DNA from: Alphaproteobacteria bacterium
GTDB lineage: Bacteria; Pseudomonadota; Alphaproteobacteria; JAJFIK01
Assembly: GCA_021774965.1 (NCBI GenBank)
Contig: JAJFIL010000240.1
Coordinates: 19,659 to 43,658, forward strand
Length of the DNA stretch: 24,000 nt
Reading direction: 5' to 3'
Shown here: piece after piece, positions 9,062-17,776 of the stretch
Layout: each line of letters opens with the position of its first letter
Position numbering within the stretch: position 1 is the first letter of the stretch
Made by a program: the position numbers and the translations under genes
Notes under the pieces: generated by a model
Told to the model about the DNA's origin: nothing
What the model saw: the letters and a program-made list of their open reading frames with translations, nothing else
The model's database searches: none

Positions 9062-11656
9062 CTACAGCGAGCGCTCCACCACTTCAATTTCGAAACACTC
9101 GATCCGGTCGCCCTTTTGCAGATCATGGTAGTTTTCAAATGCCATGCCGCATTCCTGACCAGAAACAACTTCTTTCACTTCATCCTTGAAACGCTTCAAG
9201 GTGGAGAGAGTGCCTTCGTGGATCACAACATTGTCCCGCAGCAAGCGAACCTTGTTGCCCCGCTTGACAACGCCTTCGGTGACGAGACAACCGGCAATCT
9301 TGCCGACTTTGGAAATATTGAAGACTTCCAGAATATCCGCGTAGCCCACGAAGTGTTCGTTGATCGTTGGCTCCAGCATGCCGGACATGATCGCTTTGAC
9401 GTCATCGATCAAGTTATAGATGACCGAGTAATAGCGAATCTCCACTCCATCCCGGGTGGCCATGTCGAGCGCCTGCTTATTGGCCCGTACATTAAAGGCC
9501 AGAATTGGTGCGCCCGAGGCATGAGCCAGGATCACATCCGATTCAGAAATTGCGCCAACTGCCGTGTGGATCGCCCGCGCTTTCACCTCATCGGTGGAAA
9601 TCTGGTCCAATGATCCCATGATGGCTTCGACGGAACCCTGCACATCGCCTTTGACGACAATGGGGAATTCCTTGGCTTCGCCTTCTTTGATCTGCGCCAG
9701 CATTTGTTCCAGTGACTCGCGCCCGCCGGTACCAGCAACGCGTGCGTCGCGTTTTTGGCGCTGACGGTATTCGGTAACTTCCCGTGCGCGGCCCTCGGTT
9801 TCAACGGCAGCAACAGGCTCACCCGCATCGGGCGTGCCATTGAGGCCAAGAACTTCCACCGGCAATGCAGGGCCAGCTTCTTTAACTTGCTCGCCCTTAT
9901 CATTGATCAGAGCACGAACTTTACCCCATTCCGATCCGGCAACCATGATGTCGCCGACCCGCAGGGTGCCCCGTTGAACCAGAACCGTTGCCACAGCGCC
10001 GCGACCCTTATCAAGGCGGGCTTCCACAACGATGCCTTCAGCGTCTCGGTCAGGGTTTGCTTGCAGCTCAAGAATTTCTGACTGCAGCAAGATGGCTTCC
10101 TGCAACGCATCAAGGTTTTGCCTCTTAAGCGCGGACAACTCGATGTCCTGAATGTCGCCGCCCAGGCTTTCCACAACAATTTCATGCTGCAGCAATTCCT
10201 GACGCACGCGATCTGGGTTTGAATCCGGCTTGTCGCATTTGTTGATCGCAACAATGATCGGCACGCCTGCAGCCTTGGAGTGCGCAATGGCTTCAATGGT
10301 CTGAGGCATCACACCATCGTCTGCCGCCACCACGAGGATGACGATGTCTGTTACCTTCGCACCGCGAGCCCGCATTTGCGTAAAGGCGGCGTGACCTGGC
10401 GTATCCAGGAAGGTGATTTTCTGGCCCGTTGAGATCTGCACCTGATAGGCACCGATGTGCTGGGTAATGCCGCCTGCTTCGCCGCCGACAACATCGGTTT
10501 CACGCAAGGCATCCAACAATGACGTCTTACCGTGGTCCACGTGACCCATGATGGTTACCACAGGTGGACGGGCGACCAGATCGCCTTCATCATCGGTCTC
10601 ACCGACAAGACCCTCTTCCACGTCCGCTTCAGCAACACGTCTTACCACGTGGCCAAACTCGGCAACGATCAGCTCAGCCGTGTCGGCATCAATCAGATCA
10701 TTGTGCTTAGCCATGGAGTCTTGTTGCATGAGGAATTTGATTACATCCACCACGCGCACAGCCATACGGTTGGCCAGCTCTTGCACGGTAATGGCTTCAG
10801 GGATCACCACTTCACGGGTGATGTGTTGCGGTGCTTCGGCCCCGCCCCCTTTGGCCTTTAGTTTTTGTTTTTGCAAACGCCTGCGCCGCGCAGCAATTGA
10901 CGGCGCGCGATCCCGATCGTCATCATTCAGAGCGCGCGAGATTGTCAGCTTGCCAGAGCGACGGCGATTGTCATTCTTATTGCGAGAAGGTTTTTCAGGT
11001 TCGGCCTTGGCGCGACGTGCGCGCGCAGCCTTTTCCTTGTCTTTCTCATCAGCTTCAGCTTTGCTGCGGGCGGTCTTCGCGCCGCCGTCTTCAGCCTTGG
11101 CTTTACGTGCTTCTTCCTCTTCGAGGGCGCGAGCGGCTTCCGCTTCAGCCTTGATCTTGGCTTCGGCTTCTTTTTCTTGAACCGCCGCGTCTTCGACTTC
11201 GCGGACTTTGGCCGCTTCGCGCTCTTCTTTCAGACGATTGTCATCCTCAGCACGGCGAAGGGCTTCTTTTTCTTCAGCAGCCTTTTCTTCAGCGGCGCGC
11301 ACCTGTGCGCCTGCCAAAGCTGCAAGGCGCTTTTCCCGTTCTTCCGGGGTCAGGTTCTGCAAGCTTGCGGCAACCGCAGGATCAACTGGAGCTGGCGCCG
11401 GTTTTTTCGGGACAGCAGCCTCCGCAGCCTTAGCGGCTGCCGCGTCAACTTCGGCCTTAGCCGCAGCTTCAGCTTCTTTGACCTTCTGGGCAGCGGTCTT
11501 AGGCGCGACAATGCGCTTGCGCTTTTTCTCGACGACAACAGCCTTGGTGCGGCCATGGGAGAAGCTTTGCTTCACAGTTCCAGAACCACCCCCTGATTTT
11601 AATGTCAGAGGTCGGCGTCCGGATGTCTTGTCGCCCGTATCGTTACTTTCGCTCAT
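9062..11656 (-). CDS. infB: translation initiation factor IF-2
   Basis: 864-aa ORF with an Ala/Glu/Lys-rich N-terminal region. It has a G domain ([32 protein letters not shown]) and a C-terminal IF-2 domain. It lies downstream of nusA. Confidence 0.97.
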   Translation of the reverse strand: MSESNDTGDKTSGRRPLTLKSGGGSGTVKQSFSHGRTKAVVVEKKRKRIVAPKTAAQKVKEAEAAAKAEVDAAAAKAAEAAVPKKPAPAPVDPAVAASLQNLTPEEREKRLAALAGAQVRAAEEKAAEEKEALRRAEDDNRLKEEREAAKVREVEDAAVQEKEAEAKIKAEAEAARALEEEEARKAKAEDGGAKTARSKAEADEKDKEKAARARRAKAEPEKPSRNKNDNRRRSGKLTISRALNDDDRDRAPSIAARRRRLQKQKLKAKGGGAEAPQHITREVVIPEAITVQELANRMAVRVVDVIKFLMQQDSMAKHNDLIDADTAELIVAEFGHVVRRVAEADVEEGLVGETDDEGDLVARPPVVTIMGHVDHGKTSLLDALRETDVVGGEAGGITQHIGAYQVQISTGQKITFLDTPGHAAFTQMRARGAKVTDIVILVVAADDGVMPQTIEAIAHSKAAGVPIIVAINKCDKPDSNPDRVRQELLQHEIVVESLGGDIQDIELSALKRQNLDALQEAILLQSEILELQANPDRDAEGIVVEARLDKGRGAVATVLVQRGTLRVGDIMVAGSEWGKVRALINDKGEQVKEAGPALPVEVLGLNGTPDAGEPVAAVETEGRAREVTEYRQRQKRDARVAGTGGRESLEQMLAQIKEGEAKEFPIVVKGDVQGSVEAIMGSLDQISTDEVKARAIHTAVGAISESDVILAHASGAPILAFNVRANKQALDMATRDGVEIRYYSVIYNLIDDVKAIMSGMLEPTINEHFVGYADILEVFNISKVGKIAGCLVTEGVVKRGNKVRLLRDNVVIHEGTLSTLKRFKDEVKEVVSGQECGMAFENYHDLQKGDRIECFEIEVVERSL

Positions 11657-11719
11657 GCGAACCTTTCGCGCTTCGTCGCTTCTTAACTCATCACCAAAGA
11701 CCTCTTTGGTGGAACATAA

Positions 11720-12418
11720 TCATTTGGCTGCGTCGGACTGCAGCCCATCTTCATCTTGTGCCTCATCCGAGGCTCCATCAGATGCCCCCGGTACCCGCCA
11801 ATCAGCAGGCACCAAAGGACAAAATCCAGACAGCCGATCCACGTCGACCCGCAGTCTATCTGCCATGGGGCCGGTGGTGAGCGCTGCATGTATCACATTT
11901 GAGCGTCCCAATGCCAAACCCAATTCTTCTCCTTCAAAACAGCCCAATATTAAGGGCCGCGCGCCAAGCCCGTGAGCCAGCGCAAAAACCTTGTCTCGAC
12001 CATCTGCGGCGCCATCGCTGGCTTCCACCAAAACCGCCAAGCCCTTGACCCGTAAGGCTTCTCGGACCTTTTCAAACCCAACAACAAGGGCCCCTGCCTT
12101 TGCTGCCAGGCCAAGCCCGGAGCGAACGCGCTCCATAAGCTGGCCCTGAAGCCTGTCGGCCAAATCCGGGGCCGCCTTGACCGGTGCCTTGGCCGCCCGG
12201 GCAAAAAGTCCCTTTGTGGCCGCTTTAGTCACCAGTTCCCGGTCCGCTTTCACCCACATGCCCCGACCGGGCAATTTGTGGGCAAGGTCCGCGACCACCT
12301 CGCCTTCGGGATCTGCCACAAAGCGGATTAGCGCTTCTTCGGGCAGAGTCTCATAACTGGCGATACAGCGCCGGGTCCGCGGTGACGGGTCCTTATGTGT
12401 CGTCTCCTTAGGCGTCAT
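11720..12418 (-). CDS. YlxR (DUF448)-type RNA-binding protein fused to an L7Ae/YlxQ-like C-terminal half
   Basis: The ORF track gives 11720..12487. I start it at ATG 12418 ([23 protein letters not shown]...). The upstream 23 codons are merely the alternate frame of the nusA acidic tail. The N-terminal half has YlxR-like motifs (RRCIA...LIRFV...GRGMWV). The C-terminal half resembles L7Ae/YlxQ (LAAKAGALVVGFEKVREALRVKGLAVLVEASDGAADGRDKV). It occupies the canonical slot between nusA and infB. Confidence 0.8.
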   Translation of the reverse strand: MTPKETTHKDPSPRTRRCIASYETLPEEALIRFVADPEGEVVADLAHKLPGRGMWVKADRELVTKAATKGLFARAAKAPVKAAPDLADRLQGQLMERVRSGLGLAAKAGALVVGFEKVREALRVKGLAVLVEASDGAADGRDKVFALAHGLGARPLILGCFEGEELGLALGRSNVIHAALTTGPMADRLRVDVDRLSGFCPLVPADWRVPGASDGASDEAQDEDGLQSDAAK

Positions 12419-14024
12419 CGCCTTCTGCTTTTTCGCCTTCCTCGGCAGCTTCTTCTTCCTCTTCGGCAGGATCCTCGATCCAGCCAACGGTCACCCGAGC
12501 CCACATGATCAGGTCATTGGCTTCCTCGGGTGTTATGTCAAATGCTTCCAGGATGCCAGCTTCGCGCGTGCGTTCGCCGTCAACGGTTTCCCAGTAACCG
12601 CAAAGATCGTCCGTGGCGCAGCCTGCGAGATCTTCGATGGTTTTCACCTCGTTCTCGCCCATGGCCACCAACATATCCAGCGTGATGCCTTCGATGCCAG
12701 CAAGGTCGTCACTAACGCCAAGTTCCTGGCGACGTGCTTCCATTGCTGCGTTTTTGGTTTCGATGTGTTCGCGAGCCCGGGTTTGCAGTTCCTGAGCCGT
12801 ATCGTCATCAAAGCCTTCAATACTCGCAAGCTCAGGCAATTCCACGTAGGCCACTTCGTCAAGCTCGGTAAAGCCTTCAGAGACCAGCAGCTGTGCGACC
12901 ACTTCGTCCACATCCAGGGTGGAGATAAAGAGATCCGTGCGCGCTGCGAATTCTTTTTGACGGCGTTCGCTTTCTTCTTCCTCGGTCAGAATGTCGATCT
13001 GCCAGCCGGTCAGCTGGGAGGCAAGACGCACGTTCTGGCCGCGACGGCCAATGGCCAGGGACAGTTGCTCGTCCGGCACCACAACTTCGATGCGCTGAGC
13101 ATCTTCGTCCAGAACCACTTTAGCCACTTCTGCAGGGGCCAAGGCGTTGACGATGAAGGTTGCTGGATCAGGTGACCATGGAATGATGTCGATCCGTTCG
13201 CCCTGAAGTTCCTGCACAACGGCCTGAACCCGGCTGCCGCGCATGCCGACGCAAGCGCCCACAGGGTCAATGGAATTGTCATTGGAGATCACGGCGATCT
13301 TGGCCCGGCTGCCCGGATCCCGCGCCACAGCACGGATTTCAATAATGCCGTCATAGATTTCCGGCACTTCCTGAGCAAACAATTTTGACATGAACTGAGG
13401 ATGAGTGCGGGAGAGGAAAATCTGCGGCCCGCGCACTTCCCGGCGCACGTCATAGATATAGGCGCGAATGCGATCACCGTTGCGGAAGCTTTCCCGCGGC
13501 AGCACTTCGTCACGACGGACGATGGCTTCAGCGCGGGACATATCCACGATCACATTTCCATATTCCACGCGCTTGACGATGCCATGGGCAACTTCGCCAA
13601 TGCGGCTTTGATACTCTTCATGCTGACGTTCGCGTTCAGCATCACGCACCTTTTGCACGATAACCTGTTTGGCGGTTTGGGCCGCGATGCGCCCGAAATC
13701 CATGGGCGGCAGAGTTTCGGCAATAATATCGCCGACGACTGCCGCTTCGTTTTTCGCCTGCGCTTCTGCCAGGGTGACTTCAGTGGCGTCGTTTTCCACC
13801 TCTTCAACTACGTGCAGGTGCCGGGCAAGACGGATCTCGCCGGTTTGCTGATCAATCTTGGCGGAGATCTCATTTTCCGCGCCATAGCGGGAACGAGCCG
13901 CTTTTTGAATAGCGTCTTCAAGAGCTTCGACCACGATCTGTTTATCGATCGATTTTTCCCGCGCAACCGCATCAGCGATTTGCAGAAGTTCCAGCTTGTT
14001 GGCACTAACGGCAGGCGTTGCCAT
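12408..14024 (-). CDS. nusA: transcription termination/antitermination factor NusA
   Basis: 538-aa ORF: [31 protein letters not shown]... It contains S1 ([15 protein letters not shown]), two KH regions ([17 protein letters not shown] and [18 protein letters not shown]), C-terminal HhH-type repeats and an acidic tail. Confidence 0.97.
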   Translation of the reverse strand: MATPAVSANKLELLQIADAVAREKSIDKQIVVEALEDAIQKAARSRYGAENEISAKIDQQTGEIRLARHLHVVEEVENDATEVTLAEAQAKNEAAVVGDIIAETLPPMDFGRIAAQTAKQVIVQKVRDAERERQHEEYQSRIGEVAHGIVKRVEYGNVIVDMSRAEAIVRRDEVLPRESFRNGDRIRAYIYDVRREVRGPQIFLSRTHPQFMSKLFAQEVPEIYDGIIEIRAVARDPGSRAKIAVISNDNSIDPVGACVGMRGSRVQAVVQELQGERIDIIPWSPDPATFIVNALAPAEVAKVVLDEDAQRIEVVVPDEQLSLAIGRRGQNVRLASQLTGWQIDILTEEEESERRQKEFAARTDLFISTLDVDEVVAQLLVSEGFTELDEVAYVELPELASIEGFDDDTAQELQTRAREHIETKNAAMEARRQELGVSDDLAGIEGITLDMLVAMGENEVKTIEDLAGCATDDLCGYWETVDGERTREAGILEAFDITPEEANDLIMWARVTVGWIEDPAEEEEEAAEEGEKAEGDDA

Positions 14025-14039
14025 ATTTTTGCTCCGTAA

Positions 14040-14657
14040 TTATCCGTCGGATGAGTTTAATTTGTCAGCTGCGATAACTTCCACAGCCTCTTCTTCGGTT
14101 GAATTCAAGTTCGCTTCCCTGGCTTCGCTTGCCTGACGGAGGAGATCATCCGTCATGACAATTTTCGCCGTGGAAATAAGCCCGGGCTCAAAGCCCAAAA
14201 TCTGTTCTTCGCTTTGGCCATCGAGTTTAAGCCGCAACAGCACCTCTCCGTCCTGCACGCCTTCGAGGATGCCGCGAAACCGTTTGCGGCCATCGATCAA
14301 GCCTTTGGCTTCGAGTTTAACCTCAAAACCGGCATAGCGCTCGAAATCCGCAAGGCGCGATAAAGGACGATCGATGCCGGGGGAGGAAACTTCCAAGTCA
14401 TAAGCCCCGGAAATAGGGTCCTCTACGTCCAGCACAGCAGACAGGGCGCGCGAAAGATCAGCGCAGCCGCCCACATCCATAGTGCCATCAGGCCGTTCAG
14501 CCATAATCTGCAAGGTGCGACGGCCCTCGCTGCCCAAATAGCGAAGGCGCACGAGCACAAAGCCCATGTCCGTTGCCGTCGGGTCCAAAAGTTCCCGCAG
14601 GCGCGCCGCTTCGGGCGCTTCGCCGATGATAATGTCTGCCGTCACGTTACTTTTCAT
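14040..14657 (-). CDS. rimP: ribosome maturation factor RimP
   Basis: 205-aa ORF directly upstream of nusA. It has RimP-like motifs (MGFVLVRLRY, LQIMAERPDG, YDLEVSSPGIDRPL). Confidence 0.9.
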   Translation of the reverse strand: MKSNVTADIIIGEAPEAARLRELLDPTATDMGFVLVRLRYLGSEGRRTLQIMAERPDGTMDVGGCADLSRALSAVLDVEDPISGAYDLEVSSPGIDRPLSRLADFERYAGFEVKLEAKGLIDGRKRFRGILEGVQDGEVLLRLKLDGQSEEQILGFEPGLISTAKIVMTDDLLRQASEAREANLNSTEEEAVEVIAADKLNSSDG

Positions 14658-14680
14658 TCCGTGTCTGTTCGATCCATAGC

Positions 14681-14707
14681 AAAAAGCCAGCTGCAGGTGC
14701 CGCCGGC
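14681..14707 (-). terminator. terminator-like hairpin plus U5 in the trmB-rimP spacer, 24 nt upstream of the rimP start (trmB terminator and/or rimP-nusA leader attenuator)
   Basis: The minus strand reads GCCGGC-GGCACCUGCA-GCUGGC, a 6-bp stem with one G-U pair, followed immediately by UUUUUGC. Confidence 0.5.
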
Positions 14708-14881
14708 CTCTTTAAATCAACAATGTAAGGAGGGCGGCGACTTCCAGTGAGGCGCGAACTCTGCGCCATCAACAACTGAAAAGTGCCATCGATCGTGAAA
14801 TCGATACCAGACCCTGAGGCCCGATGGCCGGGAACTTACCCCCAACGATCCCATTTTCCAAGGGTTTTATTTGAGAGGGTT

Positions 14882-15649
14882 TTAGATCTCGCGCGGCAGG
14901 CGTTTGAATTTCAGATAGGCCGGAACCCGGCCTGCTTTGATGGCCTTTTGCTCATACCGCGTAGGAGCCCAGTCATCTCCCCGAATGTTCCAGTCATCCG
15001 GCCCTTCCGCCGTCCAGACAAAATCCGGATGCGGCATCACCCGCTCCAGCGTCCAGGCCACATAGCCTGGAATATCTGAGGCCACGCGGAATTCCGCCCC
15101 GTCTTTAAGCACCCGGGCCAGCTGATCCAACGTGGCCTTCTGCACAAAGCGCCGTTTGTGGTGGCGGGATTTAGGCCAGGGGTCAGGGAATAACAGGAAA
15201 GCCCGGGCGATGGAGGCTTCCGGCAGCGCCTCCAATAAGGGCCGGGCATCGGCAGGCAGGATGCGGATATTCTCCTGACCCTGCTCGTCGATTTTGCTGA
15301 GCAATTTGGCGTAGCCATTGATGAAGGGCTCACAGCCGATCATGCCAATGTCCGGATTGGCGCTGGCCTGCCAGGCTAGATGCTCACCGCCCCCAAAGCC
15401 GATTTCCAGCCAGACTTCTTTGGCGTCAGGAAAAAGAGTTGCTGGATCAAATGCGCCTTCTTCCGGCACAGATATTTCCAGCTTGGGCAGAAGATCTTTG
15501 ACCAACTCTTCTTGGCGCGCGCGCAAGGCAAAGGCCTGCCGGCGCCCGTAAAGACGCCGCAGCCCATCGGGCGTATCTCCTTTTGGATCAGGAGAGCTGG
15601 GATTTGAGGGCGTCGACAAGGTCCCGCTTTTCCCAGGAAAAACCGCCAT
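14882..15649 (-). CDS. trmB: tRNA (guanine46-N7)-methyltransferase
   Basis: TrmB signatures are present ([39 protein letters not shown]). The start is uncertain. In-frame ATGs occur at 15697, 15679 and 15649, all inside the metK 3' end. I list the shortest. See the finding on the out-of-frame SD-ATG at 15567. Confidence 0.85.
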   Translation of the reverse strand: MAVFPGKSGTLSTPSNPSSPDPKGDTPDGLRRLYGRRQAFALRARQEELVKDLLPKLEISVPEEGAFDPATLFPDAKEVWLEIGFGGGEHLAWQASANPDIGMIGCEPFINGYAKLLSKIDEQGQENIRILPADARPLLEALPEASIARAFLLFPDPWPKSRHHKRRFVQKATLDQLARVLKDGAEFRVASDIPGYVAWTLERVMPHPDFVWTAEGPDDWNIRGDDWAPTRYEQKAIKAGRVPAYLKFKRLPREI

Positions 15650-16757
15650 CGCTCTCTGGTGCGCGACCAAAATGGCCATAGGCCGCAGTGCGCGCATAGA
15701 TAGGACGGCTGAGGTTTAGGTGTTCACGAATGCCGCGAGGAGACAGGTCCATCACTTCCGGCAGTGCTTTTTCAAGCCGCGCGATATCTACTTCTTCGGT
15801 GCCGTGGCAATCGGCATAAATCGACAGAGGCTTTGAAACACCGATGGCATAGGCCAGCTGAATGGTGCAGCGGGAAGCAAGCCCTGCGGCCACCACGTTC
15901 TTTGCCAGATAGCGCGCAGCATAGGCAGCGGACCGGTCGACTTTCGTGGGGTCCTTGCCGGAGAACGCGCCGCCGCCGTGAGGGGCAGCCCCGCCATAGG
16001 TATCCACGATGATCTTGCGTCCGGTAAGGCCTGCGTCCCCATCCGGGCCACCAATGACGAACTTGCCTGTTGGGTTCACATAGAACTCGGCCTCATCGCA
16101 CATCCAGCCTTCAGGTAGAACATCGACGACGTGCGGGCGAACAATTTCTCGCACCTCTTCGGTGCTGAGGTTTTCCGCGTGCTGAGAAGAGACCACCACA
16201 GAAGTTGCGCGAACAGGCTTGCCGTTTTCATAGGCCAAGCTGACCTGGCTTTTTGAATCCGGGCCAAGCCCTGGCTGTGCGCCGGAATGACGGGCTTCGG
16301 CCAGTGACTGCAAAATGCGGTGGGAATAATGGATCGGCGCTGGCATGAGCTCGTCGGTTTCGGTGCAGGCATAGCCAAACATGATGCCCTGATCACCGGC
16401 GCCTTCGTCCTTGTTGCCCGCAGCATCCACGCCCACAGCAATGTCTGCAGACTGGGAGTGGACGTAAACGGAAACTTCGGCGTTTTTCCAATGAAAGCCG
16501 TCTTGCTCATAGCCGATGCTTTTCACTGCGCTGCGCGCCACCTCTTCGAGATGATCATTGGTGATGCTGTCGGGTCCGCGCACTTCGCCCGCCAAGACAA
16601 TGCGGTTGGTGGTCACAAGTGTTTCCACGGCGACACGCGCTTCAGGCATGGCGCCAAGGTAGGTGTCCACAACAGCATCCGAGATACGGTCGCATACCTT
16701 GTCCGGATGACCTTCGGACACGCTTTCGCTGGTAAAAATGTAGTTGGACCGCTCCAT
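15588..16757 (-). CDS. metK: S-adenosylmethionine synthetase
   Basis: 389-aa ORF: [31 protein letters not shown]..., with [12 protein letters not shown] and [29 protein letters not shown] lies 7 nt upstream of the ATG. Confidence 0.97.
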   Translation of the reverse strand: MERSNYIFTSESVSEGHPDKVCDRISDAVVDTYLGAMPEARVAVETLVTTNRIVLAGEVRGPDSITNDHLEEVARSAVKSIGYEQDGFHWKNAEVSVYVHSQSADIAVGVDAAGNKDEGAGDQGIMFGYACTETDELMPAPIHYSHRILQSLAEARHSGAQPGLGPDSKSQVSLAYENGKPVRATSVVVSSQHAENLSTEEVREIVRPHVVDVLPEGWMCDEAEFYVNPTGKFVIGGPDGDAGLTGRKIIVDTYGGAAPHGGGAFSGKDPTKVDRSAAYAARYLAKNVVAAGLASRCTIQLAYAIGVSKPLSIYADCHGTEEVDIARLEKALPEVMDLSPRGIREHLNLSRPIYARTAAYGHFGRAPESDGGFSWEKRDLVDALKSQLS

Positions 16758-16959
16758 AAGGTATTCTCCCGGGGCTCGAAGATTAGGGGTCTCAAGGCCC
16801 TCTTAAAGAGAAGGCCGCAGAGGCTCGCTGCGGATATATAGCGCGGAGAGAAAAATCCCAACCAAATTCGGGCAATCGCCAATCCCCACGCACAAAAAGG
16901 ATCAGCGCGTTGTGGCAAATATAACCGGGCCGGGTCAAGTGAATAGGAACACCCCAAGT

Positions 16960-16985
16960 AACGAAGACGCGCAATCTCTTGCGCG
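16960..16985 (-). terminator. candidate terminator after the XRE regulator gene
   Basis: The minus strand reads CGCGCAA-GAGA-UUGCGCG, a perfect 7-bp stem at 16968-16985, followed by UCUUCGUU. It begins 17 nt after the regulator's stop codon. Confidence 0.5.
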
Positions 16986-17002
16986 CCTATCGTTTGACCT
17001 GA

Positions 17003-17419
17003 CTATTCCTCTGAGAGAGACTTGATGAGATCAAGTACGCGCTTGCGAACAGTAGGATTGTCAATTTCAGAATAGTGGCGGTTGAGCTGCAGACCTTCAG
17101 AGCTGGACACGAAGTCCATCACGAAAGGTGCGTTATCAGCTTCCTTGAAACCACCCTCTGGTTGGGTCGGTAGGGATTTCAGCACTTCACCAGGCATATC
17201 TTCGAAAAAGAACTGGACTTCAACGCCCAGAATATTCGCGATCTGATAAAGGCGGCTGGCGCCAATACGGTTGGTGCCTTTTTCATACTTCTGTACTTGT
17301 TGAAAGGTCAGTCCGAGCTTTTCACCAAGCTTTTCCTGGCTCATTCCAACCAGCATCCGGCGAAGTCGAACACGACTGCCGACATGTATGTCGATTGGGT
17401 TTGGCTTCTTCTTGTTCAA
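17003..17419 (-). CDS. phrR: XRE-family HTH transcriptional regulator of the PhrR/PraR type
   Basis: The ORF track gives 17003..17485. I start it at TTG 17419 (read as M-NKKKPNPIDIHVGSRVRLRRMLVGMSQEKLGEKLGLTFQQVQKYEKGTNRIGASRLYQIANILGV..FFFEDMPG) because GGAG lies 7 nt upstream. The conserved family sequence, as I recall it from rhizobial PhrR/PraR, also begins at KKPNP. The position next to lnt matches my recollection of the S. meliloti actA(lnt)-phrR arrangement. Confidence 0.8.
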   Translation of the reverse strand: MNKKKPNPIDIHVGSRVRLRRMLVGMSQEKLGEKLGLTFQQVQKYEKGTNRIGASRLYQIANILGVEVQFFFEDMPGEVLKSLPTQPEGGFKEADNAPFVMDFVSSSEGLQLNRHYSEIDNPTVRKRVLDLIKSLSEE

Positions 17420-17481
17420 GAGATCACTCCAATAGCAATTGTAATGGTACGTCGCCTCAATGGGGTATGCGGGTCCCCATG

Positions 17482-17757
17482 GCAACTACGTTGAAGTAGT
17501 TAGCTCAGCGTCAATCACAACCAAGCCTCACGTCCAATTTAATGGATTACACTACAACTACGGAGACTATATACGATTTCTCCCTAATTGCACAACCTTG
17601 TTTTCACTACACAACTCACACATCACCGCGATTGCCAGAATCCAAAGGCAGATTCACAAGCCAAATGTATAGGGCACAACTTTCCATGGTTATCGATGGC
17701 ACCTTGATAAAAAAATTGCTGTTTTGCTGCGTGTAACGCAACTAAATTTGTGCAACT
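17482..17757. promoter_or_regulatory. array of eight same-strand RCAACY hexamers (RGUUGY on the minus-strand transcript) in the AT-rich lnt-phrR spacer
   Basis: Plus-strand hexamers: GCAACT 17482, ACAACC 17517, ACAACT 17554, ACAACC 17592, ACAACT 17611, ACAACT 17676, GCAACT 17738 and GCAACT 17752. Only one copy of the opposite orientation (GTTG, 17490) occurs in the spacer, where it forms CAAC-tac-GTTG. Confidence 0.4.
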
Positions 17758-17776
17758 TACAAACAAAAGCGACTGA

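Noticed and set aside
11208-11975. Long plus-strand ORFs antisense to well-supported genes. Examples are 11208..11975 (255 aa) and 10548..11180 (210 aa) opposite infB, 13401..14039 opposite nusA, 4539..5186 opposite pnp, 20506..21204 opposite ybeY/corC, 21886..22572 opposite phoH/miaB and 2983..3594 opposite the secreted protein.
   Set aside because: They are shadow frames of strongly supported minus-strand genes. Their translations are low-complexity (Ser/Ala/Arg-rich) and lack SD sequences. The infB antisense frames stay open only because of the repetitive GCN/GAR/AAR codons of the IF-2 N-terminal region.
14658-14881. Search for an initiator tRNA gene (metY) upstream of rimP, as in E. coli.
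   Set aside because: I could not build a cloverleaf from this spacer, and it has no conserved T-loop (GTTCGAATC-like) or acceptor pairing. It holds only short hairpins.
15376-15567. The 63-aa ORF that begins at the strong SD-ATG after metK, considered as a separate gene.
   Set aside because: It lies entirely inside the TrmB coding region in another frame and has an implausible Cys/Lys/Trp-rich translation. The SD-ATG is better explained by the trmB start and possible indel issue reported in the findings.
16758-17002. Calling a SAM-II, SAM-V or SAM/SAH riboswitch upstream of metK.
   Set aside because: I could not find the conserved sequence elements I associate with these classes, so no ncRNA feature is reported. 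A covariance-model scan is needed to settle this.
17003-17485. Reading the XRE-HTH gene as the antitoxin of a toxin-antitoxin pair (HigA-like).
   Set aside because: No small partner ORF is adjacent on either side. The sequence and its position next to lnt fit the conserved PhrR/PraR regulator family rather than a mobile TA module.
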